DNA from: a virus
Taxonomy: Duplodnaviria > Heunggongvirae > Uroviricota > Caudoviricetes
IMG/VR virus record: IMGVR_UViG_2778261572_000013
Location: 1 to 26,649 of that record
DNA length: 26,649 nt
Strand: one strand, 5' to 3'
Shown: positions 1 through 7,575 of the stretch, piece by piece
Layout: each line of letters starts with the position of its first letter
How positions within the stretch are numbered: position 1 is the stretch's first letter
The notes under the pieces: model-generated
Told to the model about the DNA's origin: nothing
Seen by the model: the letters and a program-made list of their open reading frames with translations, nothing else
Database searches by the model: none
Made by a program: the position numbers and the translations under genes

Positions 1-17
1 TAGATAAGTTTTAGATA

Positions 18-43
18 ACAAAAAACCCATTTATGTAAACGGG
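18..43 (-). terminator. Putative rho-independent terminator downstream of int
   Basis: On the minus strand, hairpin CCCGUUUA-ca-UAAAUGGG (one G-U wobble) followed by U6 (plus-strand A-tract 18-25), immediately 3' of the int stop. Confidence 0.45.
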
Positions 44-49
44 TTAATG

Positions 50-81
50 AAAACAATAAGTTAGAGTAAAAACAATAAGTT
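50..81. repeat. Two direct copies of AAAACAATAAGTT (50-62 and 69-81), candidate integrase arm-type binding sites
   Basis: Exact 13-bp direct repeat with 19-bp period read in the sequence, located between the putative att core and the int 3' end. Confidence 0.4.
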
Positions 82-104
82 GGGTTGGTGGTCAGTGGTG
101 GTTA

Positions 105-1157
105 TTACGGGGTAATGCCAACCGCTGCCGCCACTTTGTCGCCACTTGGCAGCGTTGCCAGAGGATTGAAACGGAGCGCCGTTTCCAGATGATCTGGTGC
201 CAGATGTGCGTAACGCATAGTCATTTTTATATCGTGGTGTCCGAGAATTTTTTGTAAGGCGAGAATGTTTCCACCCGACATCATGAAGTGCGCCGCAAAC
301 GTATGGCGCAGAACGTGTGTGAGTTGACCGCGAGGGAGCACGATAGACGTTTTTTCCATCACGGATAAAAATTGAAAATAGCAGTCTGTAAAGAAATTGA
401 ACCCATCAAGCGCCATGATCTCTTCGTAAAGCTCTTTACTGATAGGGATGCTTCTGTTTTTCTTCCCCTTCGTTCTGACAAAGGTAATTCGGTATTTGGT
501 CACCTGTGAGCGGGTAAGATTTACGGCTTCACGCCAGCGTGCACCTGTGCTTAAGCATATCTTAACTACCAGTGCCAGAATTGGGTCCTGACGTTTGCAA
601 TCAGCCAGCAATTCAACAATCTGCTCATGGGTAAGCCATGCCATCTCTTTTTCTGCGATGGTGAATTTTCGCATGTTCTCCAGTGGGTTCGGATACGACC
701 ATTCGCCCAGACGGGATAGTTCGCTAAAAACACTACTTAGATAGCTTTGCTCCAGGTTAATGGTGACCGGGCTTGCTCCTTTCTTCCATTTCTCGCTGAA
801 GTAGATCTCGCCTGTCAGGCGTTTATCTCGATAGTGGGCAAACATTTTAGAGGTGAGATCGGTTGCAAGAGGATTGCCCAGAGCGTCAACCATCAACAGC
901 AATTTGTCATAGACATGCTGCCCAGCTGTCAGAGATTTACCATGTAGTTTGAACCATAGCTCAACCACGTCTTTCAGTGTTCGACGATCCACTGATTCAC
1001 CCAGCCAGGGCTTTGCTTCGGTTTCTTCCATCGTGTGGCGCTCAAAAGCCAGAGCTTCGCCTTTGGTGGCGAATTGTTTACGCACCCGACGCCCACTACG
1101 TCCGGCGGGGTAACATTCGCAAAGCCATTTTCCTGTGGTGAGTTTTCGTACTGCCAT
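105..1157 (-). CDS. int: Tyrosine recombinase / phage integrase (P2 Int-like)
   Basis: 350-aa ORF. C-terminal HxxR...H...Y catalytic region (LTHVLRHTFAAHFMMSGGNILALQKILGHHDIKMTMRYAHL) is typical of tyrosine integrases; first gene of the prophage as in P2. Confidence 0.93.
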   Translation of the reverse strand: MAVRKLTTGKWLCECYPAGRSGRRVRKQFATKGEALAFERHTMEETEAKPWLGESVDRRTLKDVVELWFKLHGKSLTAGQHVYDKLLLMVDALGNPLATDLTSKMFAHYRDKRLTGEIYFSEKWKKGASPVTINLEQSYLSSVFSELSRLGEWSYPNPLENMRKFTIAEKEMAWLTHEQIVELLADCKRQDPILALVVKICLSTGARWREAVNLTRSQVTKYRITFVRTKGKKNRSIPISKELYEEIMALDGFNFFTDCYFQFLSVMEKTSIVLPRGQLTHVLRHTFAAHFMMSGGNILALQKILGHHDIKMTMRYAHLAPDHLETALRFNPLATLPSGDKVAAAVGITP

Positions 1158-1230
1158 AAAAAAGCCCTCATGTCAGAGGGCTAAATTTAACTGTATGTTT
1201 GACCAGTGGTCAATGTATGTAAATATTAAA

Positions 1231-3000
1231 TCATACGTCAGGGGTAATCCAGTCGACTAAAGCCTCAATACTTTCGAAATCTGCACAGATATCTGAAAGA
1301 GGTTGTGTATCTGCTTTTGTTTTGAAATCAGCCCATACTGATTCATTTTTTTCTGTAAGACCCAAATGGTTTTCTATCGAACCATTTAGCCAAATCCAAA
1401 TATTTGCATTTCTCAGTTTTGCGGCTAATGATGACAAAAATTCTCTGGCGCCGGGCTTTTGAGACATAATAGCAAATGCTTCAGCTGCGGTAGTGTTACT
1501 ACCCTTTGTAGGCAAACCGGATCCATCGAGAGTGCATTCTCCATTAGCATGCATACTTCTCAAGATTTCTTTTAGTCGTAAAATATCCTCGTCATTATGT
1601 TCTAAGAAGTTGTTCCTTATTGCACCGCGGAACGCAAAATCTAAATCAACAATTGCTTTTGTAGGTATATCCATTGAATTTAGAATTTGCATCGTTTTAG
1701 ATATACTTTCAACGGACCCTGTTTCAATTAGTGCTATTTGCATCTGACCTAATGTTTTATTTTTAACTTTGTTAAAAATAAATGGGAGCAGAGTAGTCTC
1801 TGTTTTACCTTCTGTTAGTATTACATTGTTAGCAAACAAAACTTTTGAAGACTGTGTTAATGAAAATAAATGGGTTGCTTGTGCTGGTCGTTGTTCGATT
1901 ACTTTATTGACTGCTTCTTTTAATGTTAATCTGCAATGAGTGCCACGCTGACTGTTTTTTCTGATTAACACAGTGTCTTTTGCTAAGTCAGAGGTAATCA
2001 TTTGAGATGAATGGGTAGAGAAAATTATTTGATATCCATGATGAGATAGTGTTTTTAGAGATTCTCTAATTTGTTCGATAGCAAATGGGTGAAGATATAA
2101 CTCAGGTTCATCTATTAACAGTAGAGTAGTTGTTTTAATATCATCACCGTTGGTTATATCAGCTAAATGTCTTATTAGAGCCATCTGAATCGAACGCTGT
2201 GTGCCATGACCATAAGAAGAACAGTCACGAGCAATGCCGGGAAATGAATCTTCATATACTTTTACAGTCCCTGATTTAAATATATCCTTGAAGTCAGGGA
2301 GTTCGAAGTGTAGTTTTAAACTTATCCCAGGGAAGAAATCAGCAACTTTACTACTTATTGAATCATCAATATCATTGAGGTCCGATATTCGTTTATTACC
2401 GGTTGCAGTCATTCTTCTATTAACGGCATTTAAATGGCTTAGTATCCTTTGAGTGTGCTTCTCTTCTATTTTGCAACTCAATTCTGCCAGCAACTTACCT
2501 ATTGTAGTTCCTGTTTTTGATTTTGAAGAATCATCCGCTGCATTTTCCATTGCACCTATACGTATTGGGTCTGGAAATAAAGCTTTTATCGCATTCTCAA
2601 TACCCGTTGGTGATGTCCTGAATTCGTTATTTTCTGGGTTTTTAATTAATAATCTGACGTCTTTTGCACTTTGAGCACCAACAGGCTGTTGACGTTTAAA
2701 TATCAATACCCCATCAATAATGTAGGGTGAAATTCTAGTTCTGTTTTCTTCTGTTAAAGCTGACAAAATATCTTCAGTAATACCCTTAACTGTACCTATA
2801 ACTTCTATAGGGTTATCTGGATTAGTATAATCATCAGAGGACAAAAGTTTTTTCTTAAAAAGCCATTCAATAGCATTTAAAATCGTTGACTTACCAGCAT
2901 TGTTGTAACCGATTAAAGGCGTGAATGAAGAAAAATTGATATCAATATCTTTGCAAGATCTAAAGTTTTTTATAGAAATCTTTGAAAGATGATGATTCAT
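1231..3000 (-). CDS. OLD-family ATP-dependent endonuclease (ABC-type ATPase N-terminus plus Toprim C-terminus)
   Basis: 589 aa. Walker A GYNNAGKST, signature-like HGTQRS, Walker B LLLIDEPELYLHP, H-loop FSTHS, then Toprim-like E (ILTEGKTE) and DxD (VDLDFA). Size matches P2 Old (586 aa). AT-rich relative to the phage core. No adjacent helicase gene. Confidence 0.75.
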   Translation of the reverse strand: MNHHLSKISIKNFRSCKDIDINFSSFTPLIGYNNAGKSTILNAIEWLFKKKLLSSDDYTNPDNPIEVIGTVKGITEDILSALTEENRTRISPYIIDGVLIFKRQQPVGAQSAKDVRLLIKNPENNEFRTSPTGIENAIKALFPDPIRIGAMENAADDSSKSKTGTTIGKLLAELSCKIEEKHTQRILSHLNAVNRRMTATGNKRISDLNDIDDSISSKVADFFPGISLKLHFELPDFKDIFKSGTVKVYEDSFPGIARDCSSYGHGTQRSIQMALIRHLADITNGDDIKTTTLLLIDEPELYLHPFAIEQIRESLKTLSHHGYQIIFSTHSSQMITSDLAKDTVLIRKNSQRGTHCRLTLKEAVNKVIEQRPAQATHLFSLTQSSKVLFANNVILTEGKTETTLLPFIFNKVKNKTLGQMQIALIETGSVESISKTMQILNSMDIPTKAIVDLDFAFRGAIRNNFLEHNDEDILRLKEILRSMHANGECTLDGSGLPTKGSNTTAAEAFAIMSQKPGAREFLSSLAAKLRNANIWIWLNGSIENHLGLTEKNESVWADFKTKADTQPLSDICADFESIEALVDWITPDV

Positions 3001-3043
3001 TTTAGACTCCTCCAGTAAGTATTTAAAAGTAATGTCTGCAATG

Positions 3044-3982
3044 TTATTGTATTGTTAAGATAATGCTGGCTATAATTTGAATATCCTCAATGGAACACTC
3101 AAAATCCTTACTCCCACCAGAAACAAGAATTTTGTTCTTAGGTAAACGAGTTAACTCTTTTAAAGATAACTCATTGTCAATTCCTACTAACCATTTTCCA
3201 TCTCTAATTAGGTGAAATTCTTTATCACATATGACATGTTTTTCTCCATTGCTTACAAACATCAAGCTGCTAGTTTCTTGCTTCGGAAGTAGACACCGAT
3301 CCATGGATAAAAAACCTGACTCGACAAGCACGCCATTGACCAAATTGAACTTATTTAAAATTACAGTGTTTTCTTCTTGTGAACTATTTGGTGTTTCGAT
3401 TCCTGTAACTAGCCAGGCGAGATCCGCTTTGGTTTCTAATGCGCATTTAATCACCCAATCCGCAGGGAAAGAATCTCGCATGTATCGTGTGGCTAATGTG
3501 CTTTTTGAAATACCAAGGTGGTCGGCTAAGGCTTGGCGGGTTTTAAACCCGTAAGCATTAACAATCCTCTCTATCGCGGCTTTTCCTCCGTTAGTAAGCT
3601 CAATGTGATTCTCAATGCGGCGCTTAAAGGATGATTGATGAGCGTTGCTGTTAAACCCCTCATGTGGGACTGTTTCATCATGTTGTTCCACATAAGGGGG
3701 GAAACTTTCTTCTGCATTGTTAGAACCAAAGGCCAGCCATTCTAGGGATGCGCCAGTTTCCATTGAACATATAACAACCCAATCAGCAGGGAAGGTATCG
3801 CGTGCATATCTATTAGCCATTGTGCTTTGTGAAATACCAAGATGCTTACAGAAGGCTTGGCGTGATTTGAAACCATAGGCCTTGAGTATCCTCTCAATGA
3901 CTTTTTGCCCTCCACGATTCTGCATGACCATAGCTTTCAGACTATCTTCAATATGGCGAAATGTGATTTTTTGAGTTGACAT
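3044..3982 (-). CDS. 186 CI-like immunity repressor with tandemly duplicated N-terminal DNA-binding domain
   Basis: 312 aa. Residues about 29-85 and 137-193 are paralogous (IERI.AYGFK.RQA..HLGIS.ST.A.RY.RD.FPADWV..C..ET.A.L.WL), resembling the phage CI repressor N-terminal domain. Divergent from the cox/cII operon, as expected for the repressor. Confidence 0.7.
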   Translation of the reverse strand: MSTQKITFRHIEDSLKAMVMQNRGGQKVIERILKAYGFKSRQAFCKHLGISQSTMANRYARDTFPADWVVICSMETGASLEWLAFGSNNAEESFPPYVEQHDETVPHEGFNSNAHQSSFKRRIENHIELTNGGKAAIERIVNAYGFKTRQALADHLGISKSTLATRYMRDSFPADWVIKCALETKADLAWLVTGIETPNSSQEENTVILNKFNLVNGVLVESGFLSMDRCLLPKQETSSLMFVSNGEKHVICDKEFHLIRDGKWLVGIDNELSLKELTRLPKNKILVSGGSKDFECSIEDIQIIASIILTIQ

Positions 3983-4069
3983 ATTCTTTATGTGAACCTA
4001 TTCTCCGTTTTGTGATGTTTTGTCACGATTAATACCGGCTCACCACAAGCCAATAGGAGATGTTGCATC
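3983..4069. promoter_or_regulatory. Divergent promoter/operator region of the immunity switch
   Basis: Lies between the leftward repressor gene and the rightward early operon; contains the direct repeat GTTTTGTGA/GTTTTGTCA and an RBS (GGAG) for the 4070 ORF. Confidence 0.5.
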
Positions 4070-4291
4070 ATGACCCCTAACATTTCAATAACTCTGAATA
4101 CGCCACACGTCACAATTGAGCGTTATAGCGAACTTACTGGTCTTTCTATCGACACCATCAACGATATGCTGGCTGATGGTCGTATCCCTCGCCATCGCCT
4201 TCGGAAAGACAAGAAAAGAGAAAAGGTAATGATCAACCTTGCTGCTCTTACCGTTGATGCACTTACTGATTGCAATGTTGTATTCAACTAG
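4070..4291 (+). CDS. Small DNA-binding protein, Cox/Apl-like (excisionase/switch regulator) candidate
   Basis: 73-aa basic protein, first gene of the rightward early operon, with an HTH-like segment ([25 protein letters not shown]). Assigned by position and size only. Confidence 0.5.
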   Translation: MTPNISITLNTPHVTIERYSELTGLSIDTINDMLADGRIPRHRLRKDKKREKVMINLAALTVDALTDCNVVFN

Positions 4292-4323
4292 TTCCATTTT
4301 GGGATGCATCAGGAGTGTCGACT

Positions 4324-4833
4324 ATGTTTGATTACCAAGTTTCCAAACATCCACATTTTGATGAAGCCTGTCGTGCATTTGCATTGCGCCACAACTTGGT
4401 GCAACTGGCAGAACGTGCAGGTATGAATGTGCAGATTCTGCGGAACAAGCTGAATCCAGCTCAACCTCATTTATTAACCGCACCAGAAATTTGGTTGCTT
4501 ACTGATCTGACAGAAGACTCAACACTGGTAGATGGTTTTCTGGCACAGATTCACTGCCTGCCATGTGTTCCGATTAATGAGGTGGCAAAAGAGAAACTGC
4601 CGCATTACGTCATGAGTGCAACAGCAGAGATCGGGCGTGTAGCTGCAGGCGCGGTATCTGGCGATGTAAAAACCAGTGCAGGCCGTCGTGATGCTATCAG
4701 CAGCATTAACTCTGTAACACGACTGATGGCGTTGGCTGCTGTTTCATTGCAGGCCCGTTTACAGGCTAACCCTGCGATGGCGAGTGCAGTTGATACCGTG
4801 ACTGGCCTCGGTGCTTCATTTGGTTTGCTGTGA
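4324..4833 (+). CDS. Phage regulatory protein CII-like (186 CII/CP76 family)
   Basis: 169 aa starting at MFDYQV with an AGGAG RBS 5 nt upstream; position after the apl-like gene as in 186. Family assignment is from memory of the CP76-type sequence, not verified. Confidence 0.55.
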   Translation: MFDYQVSKHPHFDEACRAFALRHNLVQLAERAGMNVQILRNKLNPAQPHLLTAPEIWLLTDLTEDSTLVDGFLAQIHCLPCVPINEVAKEKLPHYVMSATAEIGRVAAGAVSGDVKTSAGRRDAISSINSVTRLMALAAVSLQARLQANPAMASAVDTVTGLGASFGLL

Positions 4834-4992
4834 GGTGCTTATGCTGACGAAAGAACCATCATTTGCATCGCTGCTGGTAAAATAAAGCCCGGCAATGCAC
4901 TACGGTCACGGCTGGATCATGGGAGAGGATGGTAAACGCTGGCATCCATGTCATTCACAAGATGAATTGCTGTCTGAATTGACCACGAGAAA

Positions 4993-5232
4993 ATGGAGAA
5001 AGTCCAAATGTATGCGGCAGAAAGTGAAGTGGTTTATCAGTTTCGTTACAGAGGGGAGAGTTATTCAGTACCTGAAGATGATTTGCTCTGTTGCTATCCG
5101 TCGTTGTCGGGCGATGGTAGCTACTTTTTCACGCTAAAGGATGGAACCTTTATACGTGGTGAAAAAGTACAAGAAGTGATGCGTATAAAGACATCACCTC
5201 TTGAACGTTATCGGCGAAGTATTTATCGGTAA
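4993..5232 (+). CDS. Hypothetical early protein
   Basis: 79-aa ORF (alternative ATG at 5008 preceded by GGAG). No recognisable motif. Confidence 0.4.
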   Translation: MEKVQMYAAESEVVYQFRYRGESYSVPEDDLLCCYPSLSGDGSYFFTLKDGTFIRGEKVQEVMRIKTSPLERYRRSIYR

Positions 5233-5471
5233 CGATCTATCAGTGTCTGTATCAGATGAGTGAATTCTTGTTGTTTAACCGAACCTAAAGGAAGTTTGTT
5301 TAATTCTTCGCGGAGGAGCTCAAAAAATGCAGATTGATTTGCTGAGTCAGTTCGAAATAAGGAGTGGATCAGACCTGAAACAAGAATTCGTTGAACTGCA
5401 ACCTCATCGCGAAGACTGGAGATCTCGTTTTCAAGTTGCTCTAAACGCTCTCTTTCAACCGGGTTCAACAT
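5223..5471 (-). CDS. Hypothetical coiled-coil protein encoded antisense to the early operon
   Basis: 82 aa with a good RBS (GAAGGAA 7 nt upstream of ATG) and coherent helical sequence; overlaps the 3' end of the 4993-5232 ORF by 10 bp, convergently. Confidence 0.45.
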   Translation of the reverse strand: MLNPVERERLEQLENEISSLRDEVAVQRILVSGLIHSLFRTDSANQSAFFELLREELNKLPLGSVKQQEFTHLIQTLIDRYR

Positions 5472-5552
5472 TGATGATTCCTTCTAGCTATCAATATGTT
5501 GGTAATGGATCATATCAAAAATTTTTTAGTAGATGTGTTGTGGGATGCATAA

Positions 5553-5894
5553 ATGGCTATTGAAGGCGCTGCGGCGACTGTTCCATTAAGTCCCGGTGAA
5601 CGCCTGAATGGACTTAATCACATAGCGGAATTAAGGGCGAAAGTTTTTGGCCTGAATATTGAGTCAGAGCTTGAGCGGTTTATTAAAGATATGCGTGATC
5701 CACGGGATATCAATAATGAACAAAATAAACGGGCACTGGCTGCCATATTCTTTATGGCAAAAATTCCAGCTGAACGTCATAGCATCAGCATTAATGAGCT
5801 GACCACTGACGAAAAGCGGGAGCTGATTAAAGCAATGAATCATTTTCGTGCAGTGGTGAGCTTATTTCCCAGACGGCTAACCATGCCGAATTAA
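5553..5894 (+). CDS. Hypothetical early protein
   Basis: 113-aa ORF in the early operon; weak RBS. Confidence 0.45.
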   Translation: MAIEGAAATVPLSPGERLNGLNHIAELRAKVFGLNIESELERFIKDMRDPRDINNEQNKRALAAIFFMAKIPAERHSISINELTTDEKRELIKAMNHFRAVVSLFPRRLTMPN

Positions 5895-5961
5895 CCAACT
5901 AATGAAATTAATGGCGTAAACCCGCCGGGCATCCCTTTATCTAAATTCAGGAGAATTGATT

Positions 5962-6195
5962 ATGCGTAATATTGAAATCCTCACGACTAAAACCGGACCG
6001 GATGACGCAGGGCTTAATATTTTACTGACAGAGGCTCGTCTGGAAGAACGTCGGGCAAGGGCTGAAGCAATGGCAGCTCGCCTTGATAGCCTGGCGTGTC
6101 ATATCACATCCCGCCAGCTAAACCACGTCGAAGCGGCAGAACTGCTGCGTGTAACTGCTGAAGCAATCCAGAACGAAGCGCAGGAGATCCACTAA
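5962..6195 (+). CDS. Hypothetical early protein
   Basis: 77 aa from ATG 5962 with AGGAGAA RBS; its stop overlaps the next start (TAATG). Confidence 0.5.
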   Translation: MRNIEILTTKTGPDDAGLNILLTEARLEERRARAEAMAARLDSLACHITSRQLNHVEAAELLRVTAEAIQNEAQEIH

Positions 6196-6422
6196 TGGCT
6201 GATGCAATGGATCTCGTACAGCAGCGCGTTGAAGAAGAACACCAGCGCCATATTCGTGCTGCCCGTGCCAAAACACCGGGCGTGTCTCGCGTGCTTTGTA
6301 TTGAATGTGAAGCGCCAATTCCGCCAGCACGACGCCGCGCCATTCCGGGAGTGCAGCTTTGCATTACCTGCCAGGAAATCGCAGAGCTGAAAGGCAAACA
6401 TTACAACGGAGGTGCTGTATGA
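6195..6422 (+). CDS. TraR/DksA-family C4 zinc-finger protein
   Basis: 75 aa with CxxC...CxxC (CIECEAPIP...CITCQ) in the arrangement typical of phage TraR/DksA-like proteins. Confidence 0.7.
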
Positions 6423-6721
6423 CAAGGGCAGTGCGTATCCATCAATTAAAAATTGCACCTAAGTATTTCAACGCTGTGGTTGCAGGTCAAAAGACGGCTG
6501 AACTTCGTAAAGACGATCGTGGCTATAAAGTTGGTGATGTTCTTTCTCTTTGCGAATGGAAGCATGGCGTATTTACGGGTAGGGAATGGGCCGCTGTTAT
6601 CTCTCATGTGCTTCCGGTTAATGACGTCATGGCAGTTTCAGAACAATGGGTGATGCTATCAATTCGCCCATTAACCCCATTAGAAGCTTTAGGATATGTT
6701 ATTGCAGGAGGTGCTGTATGA
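6419..6721 (+). CDS. DUF3850/ASCH-like small protein
   Basis: 100 aa from ATG 6419 (overlaps upstream stop, ATGA). Family assignment from recalled similarity, moderate. Confidence 0.5.
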
Positions 6722-7575
6722 GTACCATCCTGAAATGGGCGGGTAATAAAACTGCCATTATGTCCGAACTGAAAAAACATCTTCCTGCTGGCCCGCGACT
6801 GGTTGAACCTTTCGCGGGTTCCTTTGCTGTGATGATGGAGACGGATTACCCCAGCTATCTTGTTGCGGATATTAATCCTGATTTAATCAACCTCTATAAA
6901 AAGGTTGCTGCTGATTGCGAGGCGTTTATATCTCGTGCCAGAGCTTTATTTGAGGAAGCAAACAGGGAGTTGGCTTATTACAACATAAGGCAGGAGTTTA
7001 ATTACTCCACTGAAATTACTGATTTCATGAAAGCGGTATATTTCCTGTATCTCAATCGTCATGGTTACCGTGGGTTATGTCGTTATAACAAGAGCGGGCA
7101 TTTCAACATTCCATACGGTAATTATAAAAATCCGTATTTCCCTGAAAAAGAAATTCGCGCATTTGCAGAGAAAGCCCAGCGAGCAACGTTTATCTGCGCC
7201 AGCTTTGATGAAACGCTGGCGATGCTGCAGGTGGGGGATGTGGTGTATTGCGATCCGCCTTATGACGGTACGTTTTCCGGCTATCACACTGACGGCTTCA
7301 CTGAAGATGACCAGTATCACCTGGCATCTGTTCTTGAATATCGATCATCAGAAGGTCATCCAGTCATTGTTTCTAACAGTGACACATCCCTGATCCGTTC
7401 GCTGTATCGAAATTTCACTCACCACTACATCAAGGCAAAACGCAGCATCGGCGTAGCAGCTGGTGAGAGTAAATCTGCAACAGAAATCATCGCTGTTTCT
7501 GGGGCGCGCTGCTGGGTGGGATTTGATCCTTCGCGTGGCGTGGATAGTTCTGCCGTGTACGGAGTGCGTGCATGA
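6718..7575 (+). CDS. dam: DNA adenine methyltransferase (Dam/D12-class N6-MTase), orphan
   Basis: 285 aa from ATG 6718 (AGGAGG RBS). N-terminal KWAGNK AdoMet motif and catalytic DPPY motif. No partner restriction enzyme nearby. Confidence 0.85.

Noticed and set aside
1231-3982. OLD-like ATPase plus the 312-aa HTH protein as a single two-gene Gabija- or PARIS-like system
   Set aside because: The 312-aa protein's repeats look like phage CI repressor DNA-binding domains and it sits exactly where the immunity repressor must be; there is no helicase or separate Toprim partner. Treated as repressor plus standalone OLD, though co-acquisition is noted.
4895-5137. 80-aa plus-strand ORF overlapping the 4993-5232 ORF in another frame
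   Set aside because: Overlaps a better-supported ORF and its translation is Cys/Arg/Trp-rich and not protein-like.
5327-5563. 78-aa plus-strand ORF overlapping the antisense 82-aa gene
   Set aside because: The minus-strand ORF has the better RBS and a coherent helical sequence; the two cannot both be assessed without expression data, and I favoured the minus-strand one.
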